From Promethearchaeota archaeon (GTDB lineage: Archaea > Asgardarchaeota > Lokiarchaeia > Sigyniarchaeales > SOKP01): a stretch of DNA of 64,000 bases. The notes under the pieces were generated by a model that was not told the origin of the DNA, did not search any database, and saw nothing but the letters and a program-made list of their open reading frames with translations. Position numbers and translations under genes: made by a program. Position 1 is the first letter of the stretch, and every line of letters begins with the position of its first letter. The stretch covers positions 1 to 64,000 of the forward strand of contig JBHLLT010000013.1 of NCBI GenBank assembly GCA_048938855.1, read 5' to 3'. Shown here piece by piece: positions 60,561 through 64,000 of this stretch.

Positions 60561-61187
60561 TTAAGATGGTATCTCCAACTTTGAAAGGAACTCTTTAGCT
60601 TTCATTACTGTACTTGGACTACTACTATCTAGCTGATTCTTTACAAATTGCAAAATTTTAGCTTTATCCTTAATATTTTCAAAAATTTCACTCAAACTTA
60701 CTATAATATCTCCTTTTATCAAATCTTTACGGCTTTCACTATGCTGGGTATCATCAATGCTTAATAAAACTGTGGCTATCCTAGAACCTAATGATGGTTT
60801 AGCTTTGCCAATTCTCCCAGAATAAATTGATAACTTCCTAGACACTATAACACTTCCATCATCAATGAGTTTGAAGAAATCCTCAAAAATCTCTTCAAAT
60901 TTCTTTTCTTTATCAATTTGTGTCAGATTTGAAATTACAGAGATTCCAATCGATTTGTGATAAGCATTTTTACTTTTTAATAAATTAACAAAGGCATTCC
61001 ATTGAGGATAAACAATCTCAGGGTTTTTTTCACTTAAAATTTCTAAAGCTAATGTATTTGGATATCTTATTGAATCCTTTTTAGATACTACGCCTTTTAA
61101 TAATTCAGAGAGTAAATTATTATGTTTTACGACATTATTAACTATTTTTTTTGCTTGGATTTCAGCATCTTTTTTTGAAATTGACAT
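60561..61187 (-). CDS. HEAT/ARM-like alpha-helical hypothetical protein
   Basis: Repeated helical pairs (KDSIRY...LEILSEKNPE; DGSVIVSR; SSSPSTVMKAKEFL). Confidence 0.6.
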   Translation of the reverse strand: MSISKKDAEIQAKKIVNNVVKHNNLLSELLKGVVSKKDSIRYPNTLALEILSEKNPEIVYPQWNAFVNLLKSKNAYHKSIGISVISNLTQIDKEKKFEEIFEDFFKLIDDGSVIVSRKLSIYSGRIGKAKPSLGSRIATVLLSIDDTQHSESRKDLIKGDIIVSLSEIFENIKDKAKILQFVKNQLDSSSPSTVMKAKEFLSKLEIPS

Positions 61188-61282
61188 AGATAACAGAATT
61201 TGAATAATATTAAAAAAGATCAGATAGTGATGATTTTTAGTTCTTTAATATAATGTTGGAAATAGGATATTTAAAAAAATTT

Positions 61283-64000
61283 CTACTTAATAATCGGAAT
61301 GGTAAAGTAAAAAGTGGATCCTTTGTTCCTCCCTTTTGACTTAACCCTTATTGTTCCTCCGTGTAATTCAATAATTTTTTTAGTTATAAATAATCCTAAT
61401 CCAGAGCCTTCAGAAATGATGTCAAGGCCTTGTCCATACCTTTCGATTTTTCCAAATTGAGTGAAAAGCCTTTTTTTTTCTTCGCTAGTGATTCCTATAC
61501 CATTATCTTCAATTGAAATTAGAATATAGTCATCAGTCTTAGCCGATTTAACTTCAATTTTTCCATTCGGGGGCGTATATTTAATGGCATTATTGATTAA
61601 ATTACTCAAAACAAGATGAATTTGATCTGGTTCAAACTTAGTTATCAGTTTATCATGTATATTTAATTTTATCTCATGATTTCTCAATCTTATTAACCCT
61701 TGTAATTCTCTAACACACAACTTTATTAGAAATGACAAATCTTCCTCAGTCTTCTTCAAATCAACTGATTCAGAATCCAATTCAGCCGTTTTTAATATAT
61801 CTTGAATTAGATTTTCTAATCTCTCGCATCCTAATTTTATTTCACGAATCGTTGCTAAAACATAATCATCTAATTTTTCTTTATGTACAGTTAATAAGAG
61901 ATCAGAGAATCCTTTTATTGAAACAAGTGGGGTTTTTAATTCATGAGAGGTTCTTCTGAGAAGTTCCGATTTTAAGCTGTTAAGTTTTATTAATTCTTCT
62001 TCAGCTTTTTTCTTTTCAGTAATATCCATGATTGTAACTAATTCAGCTGGTTTCCCTCGATATATAATAGGTCTTGAGAACTGATCAATCCATTTAATTT
62101 TACCATATTTAGTAAATACCCTATAAGAATAATATTGTTTTAAGTCTGATTCACCTGATCTTAGTTTCTCGCGATATTCTCTTAAATATTGCAGATCTTC
62201 AGGATAAATTAATTTCCTTAGATCCTCTATAGTCCAATTATCAATTTCTTCGTAAGAATAGTCAAAAATTTGGAGTACAGCCTTATTTACATATACAACA
62301 TTATCCGTTTGTATTATTAAAATTCCAATGAAAGCTTGCTCTGCTATAGTTCTGAAGTTCTCTTCTGATTCTCTTATTTTCTGCTCAGCTAATTTTTTTT
62401 CATTGATATTCCTTGATACGCATAAAATTTTAGTATTCCCGTGAGTATCTACGAATTTTTTACCAGTCACTTCAAACCAAAGATAATTTCCATTTTCTTT
62501 TTTTAATCGAAATTGATATTGAAAATTCCCTTTTACTAAACCTTCTTTTCCAGATTGATCCGCTAGTTGTTTATCATCCTTATGAACTAATTTGTCTCTA
62601 AAAGACTTTTCAAAAAATTGTTCTGTTTTATAGCCTAAAACTCTTGAATGAGTCTCCGCATTAAGATATTCTACATTCTCGTCTTCATTATATACAACAA
62701 TTAAATCATCTGTGTTCTCTGAAATTAACCTATATTTTTCTTCAGATTCTTTTAAACTTTCGTCTGTTTTAATTTTATCACTAATATCTATAGTCATTAC
62801 AAAATCAGCGGGTCTTGCTTCAAAGCTTATTGTTTTTGAAAAGTTTTCAACCCATATCACTTCTCCATCTTTTTTTATTACTCTATATTTATAATGAGTA
62901 ACTACATCAGGATCACCTATTTGTTTCTTTCTTGCTTGATTTATCACAAATTCTCTATCATCTGGGTGTATAAGCTTTTGAAATTCATAAGGTTCCCAAT
63001 TTTGTATTTCTTCCATCGAATAACCATTTATATTGGCAGCTTGTTCATTAAAATACTTAAAAATTCCATCTTGTAATACGATTATTCCCATAAACGATTG
63101 CTCTGCGATAGTCCTGAATTTTTCTTCAGATTCTTTTAATTTTTGTTCTGCTATTTTACTTTGAGTTATATCTGCTAAAAACGCATATGTTCCTTCATAA
63201 TTACCTTCCGTGTCGAAAATAGGAGTTGCTCTTATTCTTAGATAAACCTCACCACCATTTTTATGAATAAAAATTCCATCTCTCTCTCCTGATATCCCTT
63301 GCTTTCTTTTTTCTAAGTGAAATTCTGTAATACTTTTTTGTTCTTTATCCATAAATGAGAATAGTGATTTTCCAATCATTTCTTCCATTGAGTATCCTAG
63401 CATATTTGCTAAACTAGGATTAACTAAAGTTGAAATAGCATTAGAATCTATTACCCAGACTCCTTCTATCGCATTTTCAATTAAATATCTGTATTTTTCC
63501 TCAGAAATTTCTAACTTTTTCTCATATTCTTTCCTTTTTGATATGTCTCGCGAAACAACTAATACTTTCTGTTCAGCTTTTTGATCCAAGATTTTTTTAC
63601 CTCGGATATCTAACCAATGATACTTTCCATTTATATCTATGAATCTTGCTTGAATGTTTGATTCTCCATCTTCCCAACCTTGTTTAAAAGCATTTATACA
63701 TCTATTCTTATCTTCAGGATGAACCCATCGTAATGCACTGTTACCAATTAACTGTTCTTTGTTTCTGCCCATAACATTTTGGAACGAGGCTTCATTTATG
63801 TATTCATATTCTATTTTATTATTAAGAATGGCAATCATATCATTGATATTTTCAGTGATGAGACGATACTGTTCTTCAGATGCTTTTAAATTTACTTCAG
63901 CTTCCTTCTGTTCAGTAATATCCCTTAAGATGGTAATAATCTGGCTTACTGATCCTTCTCTAATAATAGGAATTTTTAAAGTCTGAGTATATATAAGTCG
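61283..64000 (-). CDS. Cytoplasmic multi-PAS sensor histidine kinase, 5'-truncated by the window edge
   Basis: RRTSHELKTPL, NLINNAIKY, GSGLGL; frame open from 63838 to 64000 with another PAC (ILRDITEQKEAE); paralogue of 55129..57885. Confidence 0.92.
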   Translation of the reverse strand, partial: RLIYTQTLKIPIIREGSVSQIITILRDITEQKEAEVNLKASEEQYRLITENINDMIAILNNKIEYEYINEASFQNVMGRNKEQLIGNSALRWVHPEDKNRCINAFKQGWEDGESNIQARFIDINGKYHWLDIRGKKILDQKAEQKVLVVSRDISKRKEYEKKLEISEEKYRYLIENAIEGVWVIDSNAISTLVNPSLANMLGYSMEEMIGKSLFSFMDKEQKSITEFHLEKRKQGISGERDGIFIHKNGGEVYLRIRATPIFDTEGNYEGTYAFLADITQSKIAEQKLKESEEKFRTIAEQSFMGIIVLQDGIFKYFNEQAANINGYSMEEIQNWEPYEFQKLIHPDDREFVINQARKKQIGDPDVVTHYKYRVIKKDGEVIWVENFSKTISFEARPADFVMTIDISDKIKTDESLKESEEKYRLISENTDDLIVVYNEDENVEYLNAETHSRVLGYKTEQFFEKSFRDKLVHKDDKQLADQSGKEGLVKGNFQYQFRLKKENGNYLWFEVTGKKFVDTHGNTKILCVSRNINEKKLAEQKIRESEENFRTIAEQAFIGILIIQTDNVVYVNKAVLQIFDYSYEEIDNWTIEDLRKLIYPEDLQYLREYREKLRSGESDLKQYYSYRVFTKYGKIKWIDQFSRPIIYRGKPAELVTIMDITEKKKAEEELIKLNSLKSELLRRTSHELKTPLVSIKGFSDLLLTVHKEKLDDYVLATIREIKLGCERLENLIQDILKTAELDSESVDLKKTEEDLSFLIKLCVRELQGLIRLRNHEIKLNIHDKLITKFEPDQIHLVLSNLINNAIKYTPPNGKIEVKSAKTDDYILISIEDNGIGITSEEKKRLFTQFGKIERYGQGLDIISEGSGLGLFITKKIIELHGGTIRVKSKGRNKGSTFYFTIPIIK

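Noticed and set aside
1-64000. Selenoprotein (UGA read-through) or transposase genes
   Set aside because: TGA stops fall at the expected C-termini of their families, and no transposase or integrase motifs were recognised, including next to the tRNA.

Overview
AT-rich (roughly 30% GC by eye) archaeal chromosomal window, most likely from a Lokiarchaeia (Asgard) genome. Support: an archaeal histone, Lsm, aIF-1A, ThiDN, roadblock-small GTPase fusions, longin domains, a RING-H2 protein, a Loki-type LRR protein and four multi-PAS histidine kinases. About 50 CDS and one tRNA-Arg(CCU) are present; no CRISPR, rRNA or intact mobile element was seen. Main finding: the family III (CaiB/BaiF) CoA-transferase gene (33820..35076, - strand) is interrupted by two short hairpin insertions of 35 and 31 nt. 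Both fold into bulge-helix-bulge (BHB) motifs. Cutting them by the standard archaeal splicing-endonuclease rule restores the frame and the family motifs (DCSQFISGPW...VIKVEPPPFGE), giving 396 aa. They are therefore candidate tRNA-type introns in an Asgard mRNA. The tRNA-Arg in the same window has a clean BHB intron at the non-canonical position 23/24. Second candidate system: a cluster of a mu-homology-domain-like protein, a BBS2/ITFG2-like beta-propeller and a stand-alone longin (28422..32849), resembling parts of an adaptor/coat complex. Also notable: tandem roadblock-Rab-pseudoGTPase paralogues next to a RING-TPR gene, a six-gene GNAT array and a Ufm1-like ORF. All family calls come from motif recognition by eye; no searches were run.
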